Shown in pieces: positions 1 through 10,684 of a stretch of DNA of 64,000 nucleotides (position 1 is the stretch's first letter; each line of letters begins with the position of its first letter). The notes beneath the pieces were generated by a model. That model ran no database searches and was not told the DNA's origin. It saw only the letters and a list, made by a program, of their open reading frames with translations. Both the position numbers and the translations under genes were made by a program. Source of the stretch: a virus (Duplodnaviria; Caudoviricetes); IMG/VR virus record IMGVR_UViG_3300033075_001674, positions 44,476 to 108,475 of that record; one strand, written 5' to 3'.

Positions 1-1
1 G

Positions 2-196
2 TGGCCCATGTGGCCCTTCGCATTCGCATCGAGCACCGTGGGGGTGCGGGGGCGCCACGGCGCTTTCACTGACCTGCGGCTATGCTCCAGCGCTACTTCA
101 GCGGCAGACACGTACCCCGCTGATGCCAGCAGGGTCTGGGTCAACTGGGGGGCGCTCATCATGCCCTGGGACGGAGGGGCGGTGAACCTGTCATGA
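2..196 (+). CDS. C-terminal part of a virion/structural-region protein (truncated at window start)
   Basis: Frame open from window edge; TGA overlaps next ATG (ATGA 193-196). Confidence 0.6.
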   Translation, partial: WPMWPFAFASSTVGVRGRHGAFTDLRLCSSATSAADTYPADASRVWVNWGALIMPWDGGAVNLS

Positions 197-471
197 CGGA
201 TCGAGCTGGCGGCGACATGGCGCGCTCCGACTGGGGCGGTTCTGCCCTGGGCGGTAAGGGGTCGGTGCTGCCGGGCGGAGACGCATCGAACGTCCCTCTT
301 CCGCCCAGCGGATCAACGACCAGGTACAAGATGCGAGCGCTGAACAGCCTGGGGGCCCTCGTGTCCTGGACCGTCAACGACGCTCCCGACACCGACGCAA
401 GCGAGTGGGTAGGCGGAAACACGCCCTTGACCGAAGTCAGCGTGGCCGCTAGCTGGGTCGTGACCGTATAA
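193..471 (+). CDS. Hypothetical protein (92 aa), structural region
   Basis: ATGA-coupled to upstream gene; ends TAA. Confidence 0.6.
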   Translation: MTDRAGGDMARSDWGGSALGGKGSVLPGGDASNVPLPPSGSTTRYKMRALNSLGALVSWTVNDAPDTDASEWVGGNTPLTEVSVAASWVVTV

Positions 472-510
472 GAGCTGCCGACCGGGGGCGGGCTACAGTA
501 CCCTGCCGGA

Positions 511-3500
511 ATGGCAACGACCTGCTCCTCTCTGCTGGCTTGGGGCTCCTCCTGGGGGTTCGGGTGGGGAGGCCCGTCCTTCACGATCGGCGGCCCGCTG
601 CCCAGTGAGGACCCGTTCACCGACTTCTGCGTGTGCGGGTCCGCCACGCAACAGCTCGCTTCCTTCGCTGAAGTCACGCTGACCCCTGGGGATGTGGATC
701 ACGGGGCCCCCAACGCCGACGGCAGCTACCGACTCAAAAGCGACGATGGCACCCCCTCGGTCGCCTTCTTCGACAAGGCGGTGGGGGAGAAGTCCACCCT
801 GGAGATCGTGTTCAGCGTGGAAGGGGAGGCCAAGGACCTCGGCACCACCCAGCAGGCCATGTTCGTCGGGCTGTACGACGACGCACTCTCCTGCGCAGGT
901 CTATTCCTGAGCCCCGCGGGGATCGCCTACGGGGCTAGCTACGACGACAGCCCCCTGGTCATCCCCAGCTCCGAAGGGCTCATCGTACCCGAGACCACGT
1001 ACGCCCTTCGGATCGTCGTGGACAACGATGTGCGAGCGGTCTTTGTTTACCTCTCCGACTTCGAGTACGCGAAACAACACGGCCCGAAGCTGAAGTTCGT
1101 GCTCCCCCTGCTCGACTCCCTGACCGCCCCTCTTCATGAGGAGGGGGCGTACGTAGCAGTTCTGGGCACGACCTACAGCGTGGAGATCGCGATCCAGTCC
1201 ATCTGCATGGCCCCGGCCTCCCTCGTCGACAACTTCCCACCCACGGCAGATCCCGGGAAGGATGTTCGGAGGCTCGGGTTGGCCCCCTTCCGGCTCGACG
1301 GGAGCGGGAGCAAGGACCCCGAAGGAGGCCCCCTCTCCTATGAATGGCGAGCCGTGGCTCTCCCGCCCCTAAGCGCCCACCAGAGCTCCGGGCAGGACGG
1401 CCGCACGTTGGCCAGCGTCAGCGGGTACACCGACAAGCTCTACACGCTTCACGCCGAGGCCGGGGACGACGCCTTCAGCTACTCCGCAGGGGACATCCTG
1501 CGCGTGGGGGAGGTGCTCGCTACGATCGTGATCGCAGACTCCGATGGGGACGGGGCTTTCTTCCAGGTCACGGAGGAGGTACTGCCGGCGGAGCTCTCGG
1601 ACGCCCCCTTCCTCCTCATCCGGCAGGATGGATTCACGGACGCGACGGTGGAGAAGCCCTTGTACTCCCCGGACACGTACGGAGTGCATCGCTTCCAGCT
1701 CCGGGTGAGCGACGCCGCCTTCTCGTCCGACTGGACCTCGCAGATCACGGTGATCCAGCGGAGGGAGACTGCGACAGGTGTTGTGCCTGATACGTCACAC
1801 CTCTGGACGTACCTGTCGGATACCTGGGGGCTCCTCGAAGACGCAGGCCGCATCGAGACGTTGTGGTCGTCGGTGGCCCAGGTCCTTGGCGGGGAGATGC
1901 TACGTATGCTGCAGGTAGCGGCGTCGTCCAGCCTGCAGACCATCCCCCGACGGATCGTGCGTAAGTGGTTGAACTACGATCTGCTCCTCCGGGAGCCATT
2001 CATGGAACTGACCCGGTGCGAAGCGAGGTTCTCCGGGGCGGTGTCCGAGGCGCTGGACTCCAAGGGTCTCGACTACGAAGGCGAGACCCTGGTCGTCTAC
2101 ATCCCTGGTCGCACCGACCTCGTGACGGTGACCATACCCGCAGGTGACACGCCCCAGGCGCTGGCGACCGCTCTGCAGACCGAGCTGGACTCCGCAACCA
2201 ACGGCCTCACGGTGACCGCTCAGAAGAAGGCCCCCAGCTCCTGGGAGCTGTTGCTGCTTGCCCCCTTCCCTTTCATCGTCGTGGCGGGAACCACCGCCCT
2301 CTTCACTGTGGGCGATGCCAGCTCCCCCCTGAACGGCACCGGGGCGGAGCGCATCGACGCCTACACGCTCAAGGTGGGGGTGTCCCTGCTCAATCGGGGG
2401 GTAAAGAAAGGGGACCTCCTCAGCGTAGAGGGCACCGTGGTGCAGGTGAAGAGCCTGCAGGACAACTCCGCTGACCTGTACCGCTTCCAGCGCATCCAGA
2501 CGGTGGAGGCTCTCCCGCCCTACGCCGACTCCTGGGAGATCCTTCTGAAGTGCACCTCCCCCCAGCTCAACTTCTGGGGAGGAGGGGTCGTCGCGGGGGA
2601 CCTGGCGATGGTGAGCGTGAACGGGTCGCTCATGCGTACCCCCGTCGTGGGCCTCGTGGAAGCGCAGCCATCCGTGTTCGGACTGACCCTCGACGAGAGC
2701 CTGGCTGATCTGCTGGGGGCGGAGGGGAGCAACCTCTACCTCTGGGGGGTGTACCGCCGGTCCTACCTGCCGATCGGGGATGAGGTCGTGTCGGTGCCCA
2801 CTCTCTCGGTGAACCCCTGGGAGGCCCGGGAGGTAAACATCCTCCGGCAGCACGTGGACTACTGGATCGATACCTTCCGGGACCAGAAAGTGCTGGCGTT
2901 CCGGAGCGGCCTGTTCACCGACGGGCTGACGACGATCACCACCCCCAGGCTGTGGGCGGAGGACACGCAGCTCGACAACAGCGCAGCGATCGAGGCGAAC
3001 TTCGGGCTCACCGTGGGGTTGAAGCGCGAGGATCTGAACGAGGTCAACAACATCGACTACCTCTCTGCGGTGCGCGGGCTGTGGTTCGCTCGGGCCAAAG
3101 GGCCTCGCATCGGTAACCTTCGGATCGCAGCGCAGATTCTCTTCGGTCTGCCCTTCGCGGAGGAGCGTGGGGTCGTGCAAGAGATCGACCCAAACTACAC
3201 GCAGGACAGGGGTCGAATCCTCCTGGCTGACAAGGCCAACCCGGACAACGTGCGGAGCTACACCTACCCCTCCACTCTGAGCGTGGAGGTCAACCCGTCC
3301 ACCCGGAAGACGTACGTGGTCGGGGACGAGGTGGCCCAGTTCGCACCGCTGGTGGAGGGGGTGTCCATCACGGACAACACCAAGAACCCTGCCTGGGCGG
3401 ACCCCTACGTCTCCCAGGGGGCCCTGTCCCGTCTGGAGACCACCCACCTCTACCTGGTGGAGGCGGATGTCACGGCGTTCAACCTCTCCAGCTTGCTGTT

Positions 3501-4416
3501 CGTCTCGAACTTCCTGCAGCGCATCTCCCCTGCGCGCACCAAGCCTCTCTTTCTGGTGCGTATGCGCGACCTGACTCCCGACACCGTGGACGTCGAGGAT
3601 GCCCTGGAGATGACCGGGGTCCTGGAGCTCTACGAGAGCCCCTACACCAAGCCCTTCTCCTACCCTCTGGACGACATCCCGAACCTGGGGGAGCGAGAGG
3701 GGTCGGCCGCTATGTTTGATCAGCCTGACCCCTCTCCCCCCTGGGTTCTCACAGATCCCCTCGTAGGGGCGTCCCAGAGCAAGTTCGACACCGACATCGA
3801 CCCTGCTACGGGGGCCCCCGCCACCTCCGACGACTCTACCCCCTGGGGGTGGGACACCGCCGCCCTGTCGCCGGAGAGCTTGGTGAGCGCGAAGCTCAGC
3901 TACGTCCACGCCGGAGGGAATATCCCAGCAGACCTGGAGGCAGAGCTGCGGGTGGATCAGCCGTTGATGGTAGGAGAGACGCTCCTCTACGGGAGGTCCT
4001 GGGTCCCGGCCTTCGGAGAGCTCGGCTACCAGCTCGGGGGACCGGTCACCTCTGTGGCGCCCCTGTCCGTCGACGCGGCTGAGCTGCGGATCGTAGGGTG
4101 GCCCTCTGCGTCCACCTTCGACTACGTGGTGAAGATCTTCGTGAACTCGGTCCTGGTATCCACCCTGGAGGTAACCCACACCGCCGACGGTACCTCTCGC
4201 TGGTACTGGGGTCCTTCCCCGGCGGGGGCTACGCTTCCCGGGGGAGGGTTCAGCGTGTCTCCGGGAGATGAGGTCCGAGTCGGCATCTACGCCACCACGG
4301 AGGAGCGTTCTCGCCAGAGGCTCAGGCTCGTCTCGCTGACCCTTGGGGAGGGCGCCTCCTGGACATCCGGGGGACCGCTCGCGGCGGACACCTACGTAAT
4401 CCACAGAGGTCTGTTA
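511..4416 (+). CDS. Large baseplate/tail structural protein with PKD-like Ig domain (1301 aa if TTA 4414-4416 is stop; track ORF runs to 4470)
   Basis: PPTADPG...LDGSGSKDPEGGPLSYEW and FQLRVSD are PKD/Ig-like signatures; beta-rich; context among tail genes. Confidence 0.65.
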
Positions 4417-4427
4417 GGATGCCAGGC

Positions 4428-5102
4428 ATGCGGCCCAACACCACGGTGCGCCTCGCCAGGAGCAACTTGACGCTCACCGCTTACAACGAGCGGGGTAAGC
4501 GCGTCGGGTGGCGCAAGGGGCACAACATCTTCCTGACCCTGGGGAGGACCTGGCTCCCCGACCTGGTGAGCTACTCCGCCCTCCCTGCGGGTACCCCGCC
4601 CCCTGTGGGGCCCGTTACCCGCACCGACTCCCGTGGGGTCCGGTACATGGGCCTGGGCATCGGAGGCGATCGGCAGAGCAACCTGGCCCTTGCCGATGCC
4701 TCTCCGCTGGTCGATCACTACCCGGGCACGAACGTCCAGACCGACACAGACCCCGGGGTGGTTGCGCTGGAGCGCCCGGTACGGATCACCGCGGCCACCC
4801 CAGGCAGCCCTGCGCTGCCCCCGGGTTACGACGCGGGGGACGTGTGGCTAGGGCAGATCGCTGCGCCACCCACCAAGCCCAACGCGACGACGGTGAGGTT
4901 CTCCCGCCTCTTCACCTCGGGGGAGGTGGCCTTCGGCCCCTTCACGTCGGTCCCCATCTCGGAGATCGGGTTGTTCCTTCACAGCGACAGCGCGACCTAC
5001 ATCTACACCTACAACAACGCGCCGTTCGCCTACGACACGTTCGACACCTTCCACATTCGCTCGGGGTTCGGCGTGCTTGCCGAGTGGGAGCTGAGGTTCT
5101 GA
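4428..5102 (+). CDS. Baseplate/tail-fibre attachment-type protein
   Basis: HNIFLTLGR...YMGLGIG...ISEIGLF pattern resembles phage tail-collar/fibre N-terminal domains; ATG 4428 lies 7 nt after TAGGAT (track start 4419). Confidence 0.55.
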   Translation: MRPNTTVRLARSNLTLTAYNERGKRVGWRKGHNIFLTLGRTWLPDLVSYSALPAGTPPPVGPVTRTDSRGVRYMGLGIGGDRQSNLALADASPLVDHYPGTNVQTDTDPGVVALERPVRITAATPGSPALPPGYDAGDVWLGQIAAPPTKPNATTVRFSRLFTSGEVAFGPFTSVPISEIGLFLHSDSATYIYTYNNAPFAYDTFDTFHIRSGFGVLAEWELRF

Positions 5103-5103
5103 C

Positions 5104-7377
5104 ATGCCGTTCTACCGACACGCAGCGCCTACCTGGTACGGCGCCGGGACCATCAACCCCTCCACCACGACACCTACCGTTCTCGGCAGCGGGGAGTCCT
5201 ACATCTTCTGGAACGTCGCTGCGAGTGGGGCGGGCGGCGCCCCCCAAGGCACCCAGGTGGACAGCGGGGCCTCGCGCTACACCTTCGGGGTCGCTTTCGG
5301 GGAGAACGCGGAAGCGCTGTCGGTCAACAGGGGGTTCAAGGCCCTGTTCCAGAACACCGACTACCTGGACGAGGTGGTGCAGGCGGACCGGGTGCGCGCA
5401 GTCACGATCCCGGTGACGTTTGCGACCGACACGACCGACCTCACTCTGCCCGCAGACATCTACCTCGGGGCTCTCGGGGCCTCGCTCACGGAGGACCACC
5501 TCAAGAACGTTCTCCGCCTGCTCACCGAAGAGGGGGTGGAGCTCGTCGACTTCGCCACGTCCACCTTGATCGCCCCGCAGTCTTGCTCGGAGGCGACCTC
5601 CCCTCTCTACTCCGCTGGAACGGAGGTGATCACCTTCGCCGCCGAGGTCCCCGCAGGGGACTACTTGCTGCTCTGCTACGAGCGGGTCAGCTACGCCCAG
5701 GCGAGCCGGGAGATTCTACGCCCACCGTACCTGAACGCCCTTGCGGGGCTGGATGGCAGAGTTCAGCAGCTCTTCTCGGTCATCCGGGGAGACACCCTGG
5801 ACCTGGATGCTGCAGTACCGGCCTCGCTGAGCGTGCTTCTCCGCCGAGGTGTGAACGGGGTGTACAGGTCCGGGTCCACCGCAGCCAGCGTGCCAGCTGA
5901 GCTCGTGGACTACTACCCTGCGGTAACGGAGACGGATACCGCGGGAGCGGGTGCTTGGTTCCTGCGAGACGGGCCAGCGCTTACCGGCCTCTCCGAGAGC
6001 GACCTCTCCGCGGGGGAGCATCTTCGAGACCCTCTGGGCTCCATGTGGTGGAGCCGGCTGAAAGACACCGACCCGGGCAATGGCACCGGCATCCACCAGT
6101 TTGTGGGTGGAAGCCGAGGGTTCGTGGTGACCTCTGCCACCCCGCTCTCCACAAACGCCGGCAGCATGAACGGAGCCGCTGCCATCGATGCGTTCGCTGC
6201 GTTCGTGGAGTCGAACAACTCCCACAGCAGCGATACGTACACGCCCACCAAGCTCGCCCTGCCGCTACTTTGCGATCTGCAACGAGTCACCGGCGACGAC
6301 TTGGTGACCATCTCGGGCGGCAACTGGTTCACCAAGACCATCTCCCTGGTAGTCCGGTCGGCGCTCTCGGTGGGACAGACCCTGATTGAGATCGAGTGGT
6401 CCAACCCCTCGGACCTCCTGGCCCCCGGTTCGGACCAGCGAAGGGTCTACCGCATCAAGGAGATCGTCAGCGCCACGCAGATCAAGATCATGGCGGTGGA
6501 CGGGAGCGATGTCGGCCTCCCGGCCTCCCTCACCTCCGGGACGATCATTCGCTACTACACCCCTACGTTCCTGGCTACCGCAGGCAGCGGTGCAGTGCAG
6601 GCCCTCAAGGGCAACCTCAGCAACGCAGTGCTGGATGCTGGGGTAGTCCTGATGCTGGTGCCTCCGACGGCGTCCTATGACGCGGGCGATGCGGTGCTAT
6701 TCAAGTCGGCGTATGCAGGGGCCAGCAGCACCGGGTCCGGAGCCCTCGCTTTCGAGTGGGGGGGCTACGAAGCCAGCGGCGGAGCAAGCTCCGCTTTTAC
6801 CTACAAGCGCTTGGGCTCTCTGCGGGGGGATGGGAGCATCGTCCCCACCAGCATCACCTCCGCGAGCGGAACGTTCACCACCCTGGTGGCCCCTACCGCG
6901 TACCTCACGACCGTCTCGGCGACGACCCTTACCGCCACGACGGGTACTGTCTCCACGCTGACGTCGACCACGGCGTCGATCACCAACGCCCTCCCCTTCG
7001 GCCTGCGCATACAGCAGCAGCGGAAGAAGGTGACGGATCTATCCTCGGTGACCGGCACCGTAGCCATAAATCTCACCGCCATCCTCTACGAGAACCAAGT
7101 TGCCAAGGTGGTTTTCTCGGGAACGGCCTCTCTCACCACCATCACGCTGTACCCCTTTGAGGGCACCCCTGGGTACACCTTCGAGGTGTGGTTCGATCAG
7201 CAGACCGCTGCTGCGCAGATCGCCAACAACTCCACGACCTGGCCCAGCTTCCTCAAGTTTCGGTCCGAGGCAGACAAGTTGCTGACCGGTGAGGTCGGCT
7301 GGATCGACATCTTCACTTTCAACGTGCTGGCCGTAAACAAGGTCGAAGTCAGCGTTCGCAGGATCAAGGTGAGCTGA
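5104..7377 (+). CDS. Tail fibre-like structural protein (757 aa)
   Basis: Thr/Ser/Gly-rich, T-rich repeat stretch near C-terminus; tight coupling with neighbours. Confidence 0.55.
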   Translation: MPFYRHAAPTWYGAGTINPSTTTPTVLGSGESYIFWNVAASGAGGAPQGTQVDSGASRYTFGVAFGENAEALSVNRGFKALFQNTDYLDEVVQADRVRAVTIPVTFATDTTDLTLPADIYLGALGASLTEDHLKNVLRLLTEEGVELVDFATSTLIAPQSCSEATSPLYSAGTEVITFAAEVPAGDYLLLCYERVSYAQASREILRPPYLNALAGLDGRVQQLFSVIRGDTLDLDAAVPASLSVLLRRGVNGVYRSGSTAASVPAELVDYYPAVTETDTAGAGAWFLRDGPALTGLSESDLSAGEHLRDPLGSMWWSRLKDTDPGNGTGIHQFVGGSRGFVVTSATPLSTNAGSMNGAAAIDAFAAFVESNNSHSSDTYTPTKLALPLLCDLQRVTGDDLVTISGGNWFTKTISLVVRSALSVGQTLIEIEWSNPSDLLAPGSDQRRVYRIKEIVSATQIKIMAVDGSDVGLPASLTSGTIIRYYTPTFLATAGSGAVQALKGNLSNAVLDAGVVLMLVPPTASYDAGDAVLFKSAYAGASSTGSGALAFEWGGYEASGGASSAFTYKRLGSLRGDGSIVPTSITSASGTFTTLVAPTAYLTTVSATTLTATTGTVSTLTSTTASITNALPFGLRIQQQRKKVTDLSSVTGTVAINLTAILYENQVAKVVFSGTASLTTITLYPFEGTPGYTFEVWFDQQTAAAQIANNSTTWPSFLKFRSEADKLLTGEVGWIDIFTFNVLAVNKVEVSVRRIKVS

Positions 7378-7979
7378 TGGAGTTCAGGAACCCACGTGAC
7401 ACCCGGGCCGTATTCGAGCATACCGGCATAACCCCCACGGCACCTGGCTCCCTCCTATCGAGGGGGGAGCCGGGTCGACCCCACTCCTGGGTAGGGAACC
7501 ACGTCACCCTCCAGTGGAAGGTCACGATACCCGCGATGGCACCCGGAGCAGATGCCGACTTTTCCGGCGCATACCCTGACAAGGCGTTCGTCCACGGGTC
7601 GGACCCCTGGCTGGAGCTGTTCGATTACGGAGGCTACCCGCTCCTCATCACGGGGGCCTACGTCATGTCCGCGGCCAACCTCGGGTTGGCCTCACCGGGA
7701 ACGTTCGCGGACATTGGGCTCGGACTGCAGGCATTCAGCTCTGATCTCGCCGATAAAACGACGCACTGGTACGAGTTCGGCGGAGCTCAGCTCGACCCCA
7801 CGGCGGGAAGCCAGTACACGGCAGCGCGCCTATCCACGAACCTGCAGGGCACCTTGCCCTTGCAGTACACGTTCCCCAAGCTGGGGTTCCGTGCCACCAA
7901 CCTAGACGGATCCCCTTCCCTATCTGGGCAGGTCCTCATCGTGGTAGAAGCCCTTGAGTGTGGGCAGCCTTACCCATGA
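7377..7979 (+). CDS. Hypothetical protein (200 aa)
   Basis: TGATG coupling upstream, ATGA coupling downstream. Confidence 0.65.
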   Translation: MEFRNPRDTRAVFEHTGITPTAPGSLLSRGEPGRPHSWVGNHVTLQWKVTIPAMAPGADADFSGAYPDKAFVHGSDPWLELFDYGGYPLLITGAYVMSAANLGLASPGTFADIGLGLQAFSSDLADKTTHWYEFGGAQLDPTAGSQYTAARLSTNLQGTLPLQYTFPKLGFRATNLDGSPSLSGQVLIVVEALECGQPYP

Positions 7980-8290
7980 TCGCCGACATCCTCCCCCTCA
8001 TCCTCAGCGGGGTGGCCGTGCTACTGGGGCTCCTCTCTGGGGTCGCCTACCTGTCCAGGAAGGGCGGAACCCCGGGACCTGCTCCCGCTCCCCCGGTGCC
8101 GTTGCCGGACGTGAAGGTCGTCGAGAAGGAGATCCGCATCGAGGAGAAGGCCCGCGAAGAACGCGGGGCCCTTGAAGAGAAGCTGCGGGAGAGGGAGGCC
8201 CAGGACAAGGCGAAGGTGGAGGAGAAAGCGAAGGAGGCTGGTACTCTGGAGGAGATCGTCGAGTTGCTGAAGGAGGCTGGGAAGCGATGA
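7976..8290 (+). CDS. N-terminally anchored membrane protein with Pro linker and coiled coil (i-spanin-like architecture)
   Basis: MIADILPLILSGVAVLLGLLSGVAYL hydrophobic helix, PGPAPAPP, then E/K-rich helix; ATGA overlaps both ends. Confidence 0.5.
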   Translation: MIADILPLILSGVAVLLGLLSGVAYLSRKGGTPGPAPAPPVPLPDVKVVEKEIRIEEKAREERGALEEKLREREAQDKAKVEEKAKEAGTLEEIVELLKEAGKR

Positions 8291-8751
8291 AGCTACGAGA
8301 TCTAGTGGCCAAGTACGCCAACGACGACGAGGAGGAGGAGCTGCACCCGGACTGGGAGCACACCTTCGAGCGAATGCGCCGCCGCACCCCCGACGCAGCG
8401 GAGGCGCGCTTCGCTCGCAAGAACCCCGCGCTCTGGGCGCTGAGCCGGGCCTTCAAGGGCTCGCGCAAAGAAGCCGCGGAGAAGCTGGAGAAGGCAGCTG
8501 CCATCCTCAAGGAGGGCGGTTCCTGGGAGCAGAGCGGGGGAGGAGCGACCCAGGGGGTCTACGCGATGACCCCCGGGGCCCTGAACATCCCCAGCAGCGG
8601 GCTCGGCGGCATGCCGACCATGAACGCCCTCGTCGGGATGCAGATGCGACCCACGCTGGGAGGCATGCAGCCCATGTTTGGTGGCGGTGGCCAGGGTCTC
8701 GTCAACGCCTACAGCTCGATGGCGCGCGGCGGCTCCCCGGTTGGCTGGTGA
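8287..8751 (+). CDS. Hypothetical, possibly virion-internal protein with MKLRDL..KxA leader
   Basis: ATGA coupling; Gly/Met-rich tail; N-terminus matches ORF at 22720. Confidence 0.55.
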   Translation: MKLRDLVAKYANDDEEEELHPDWEHTFERMRRRTPDAAEARFARKNPALWALSRAFKGSRKEAAEKLEKAAAILKEGGSWEQSGGGATQGVYAMTPGALNIPSSGLGGMPTMNALVGMQMRPTLGGMQPMFGGGGQGLVNAYSSMARGGSPVGW

Positions 8752-8769
8752 AGCGGGGATAAGAGTCGG

Positions 8770-9225
8770 ATGAAAACCTACATCACCCTCACCCTGCTGC
8801 TGTCGATGCTCACTACCACGCTCCCCAGCTTTGCCGAGCCTCCAACCCCCTGGCGCCCCGAGCCGATTCCGCCGGGGGAAGATGTGATCGTTCCGCTGCG
8901 TAAGGAGGGGGCTGCCCCCTTTGATGGCGTGCTGTTCGACCCCGACACGGCCAGGCGCTGGGCCGGCTACATCCAGCAGGCCAAGGACGTCGTGGCCCGG
9001 GAGAGAGATGCACACGACCGTGTTCTCGCGATCGAGCTCAAGCGAGCCCGTGACACCCAGGCGCTGCTCCTGGAGGCGAAGAACCGCGACCTGCTCCTGT
9101 CTCTGCAGCGCATCCAGGAGCTAGAGAAGAAGGCAGCCCAGCCCCAGCCGTTCTACCAGACGCCCTGGTTCGGGGCGTCTGTAGCGGCGGTACTGCTTGC
9201 GGGGGGCTACCTCCTGTTCAAGTGA
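8770..9225 (+). CDS. Exported protein with signal peptide, coiled coil and C-terminal TM helix (possible lysis accessory)
   Basis: MKTYITLTLLLSMLTTTLPSFA signal peptide; C-terminal WFGASVAAVLLAGGYLLFK. Confidence 0.55.
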   Translation: MKTYITLTLLLSMLTTTLPSFAEPPTPWRPEPIPPGEDVIVPLRKEGAAPFDGVLFDPDTARRWAGYIQQAKDVVARERDAHDRVLAIELKRARDTQALLLEAKNRDLLLSLQRIQELEKKAAQPQPFYQTPWFGASVAAVLLAGGYLLFK

Positions 9226-9961
9226 CGGTGCCTGCCTCCTTGGCGCACTCGTGCTCGAAGTCATCGGGCTCCACCCCGAGCATCGCGGTGGCGATCCGGA
9301 GCAGCATCCGGTTCTGGACCCGGATGTTGTGGTCGAGCCGCTTCACGTGCGCCTCCAGCTCCTCGATGCTCGTCGTGATCCCCGTCTCCTCGCTCTCGAT
9401 AGCCCCCTCGATACGGGCCGACGCCTTGAGCAGGATGTCGACCTTGCCCTGGACAGCGCTCGCTTGAGACGCAGCGGTGGCAGCGTTCGAGGCGAGCGTG
9501 GCGAACTCCTGGGTGTGCACCACGGATACCTCGGGGGCGGGGGCGCCCACAGGTGCGGGCGGGGGAGCGGCCGAGGTAGCCACGGCGCCGGCGGCCCGAG
9601 CCTTGCGGCTCTTCGCAGGAGCTGGTGGCGGGGTAGGTGCGGGATCCGGGTCAGGGGCGATGATGGCCGCCTCCACCGGGGCTTCCTCCATCGGGGGAGG
9701 GGCTTCCTCCATCGGGGGAGGCACCGCGCCGTCGGACCGCACCTTGCGCAGCAGCTCTTGCACGCGCTCCCGGAGGAGCTGGTCCGAGAGCCTCGACACG
9801 TCGTGGCGCTCTTCGGGGCCGATCATGCCGGCCTTCACCAGATCCGCCAGGAGCAGGAGCAAGGCGAGGCGGGGGTTCTGCTTGCTCTTGAGAACCTGCT
9901 CGAACTCCTCGGGACCCATCGCAGCAGCCGTCTCCAGGGGGATCTTCGCTGCATCGATCAT
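9218..9961 (-). CDS. Hypothetical Pro/Ala-rich coiled-coil protein
   Basis: Start taken at MIDAAKIP; last gene of the minus-strand block; 21-bp tandem duplication at 9678-9719 (PPMEEAP x2). Confidence 0.6.
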   Translation of the reverse strand: MIDAAKIPLETAAAMGPEEFEQVLKSKQNPRLALLLLLADLVKAGMIGPEERHDVSRLSDQLLRERVQELLRKVRSDGAVPPPMEEAPPPMEEAPVEAAIIAPDPDPAPTPPPAPAKSRKARAAGAVATSAAPPPAPVGAPAPEVSVVHTQEFATLASNAATAASQASAVQGKVDILLKASARIEGAIESEETGITTSIEELEAHVKRLDHNIRVQNRMLLRIATAMLGVEPDDFEHECAKEAGTVT

Positions 9962-9969
9962 CGTAGTGC

Positions 9970-10281
9970 TCAACGTTCCATCTCCTCGCGCGCCACACCG
10001 TCTTGGGTGGCCACGCAGTACAAGACCTGGGACTCGGGACACCCGTAACACGCACGGGGGTCCCCGCTCTTGGCAGGGCACTGGAGCTGTGAGCGGGCGA
10101 CGCTCCAGTGCTTCAACAGGTACCGCATGATCCCGTCGCGGAGACGGTTCACGGGGTCCGGTTCGGGGAGGGCAAGACCCTCAAGGGTTTTTTCTAGCTC
10201 CTCCGCGCTTGCGTCGCTGCGGGTCGACAGGCCCGCTCGCTCGCATAGTTGCTTCAGCTCGGTTCTGTTCGGTTGACTCAT
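9970..10281 (-). CDS. Hypothetical Cys-containing protein (103 aa)
   Basis: CP..GDPRACYGCP...C cluster; operon context. Confidence 0.6.
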   Translation of the reverse strand: MSQPNRTELKQLCERAGLSTRSDASAEELEKTLEGLALPEPDPVNRLRDGIMRYLLKHWSVARSQLQCPAKSGDPRACYGCPESQVLYCVATQDGVAREEMER

Positions 10282-10684
10282 ACTTCTCTAGCTCCACACA
10301 GGCATGGGGTGCGATCCCCTGGACTGTGAAACGCTCTACCTCCAGTCTCTGCACCTGGCTGTCGTCCAGCCCGAGTGCCTCGAAGACAGCATCCTCCAGG
10401 ACCTTGATCCGGTTGGAGATGTCAACCGCCTTATGCCGGTGTTCCGCCGCTTTTGGCCAACCCTTGGAGAAGAACAGCTCCGGGGGGCCGAAGAGGTGGA
10501 TCCGCATGAGAAGGTTGTCATCCCTCCCCAGCGAAGAGGTGGAGCCCAGGTGCTCCCGCAACACCTCCGCACGCACCTCTACCTTGAACCGCTTGGCCTC
10601 TTTCGTGAGAAAGCGACCCTTTCCTCTGGCCTGGTTCACCCACGCGTGGTTCAGGCTCATCGGGAAGGGGACCACGAGCCTCAT
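10181..10684 (-). CDS. rusA: RusA-family Holliday junction resolvase
   Basis: PFPMSLN; DISNRIKVLED; DDSQV catalytic motifs. Confidence 0.85.
   Translation of the reverse strand: MRLVVPFPMSLNHAWVNQARGKGRFLTKEAKRFKVEVRAEVLREHLGSTSSLGRDDNLLMRIHLFGPPELFFSKGWPKAAEHRHKAVDISNRIKVLEDAVFEALGLDDSQVQRLEVERFTVQGIAPHACVELEKYESTEQNRAEATMRASGPVDPQRRKRGGARKNP

Noticed and set aside
9678-9719. 21-bp tandem repeat as a regulatory or array element
   Set aside because: In-frame duplication in a Pro-rich linker.
10181-10281. TCA as an additional stop (RusA reads KYE-TCA at a natural-looking end)
   Set aside because: TCA occurs internally in real genes (e.g. GSTTRY in 193-471 and PDTSHLW in the 511 gene); treated as an ordinary overlap.
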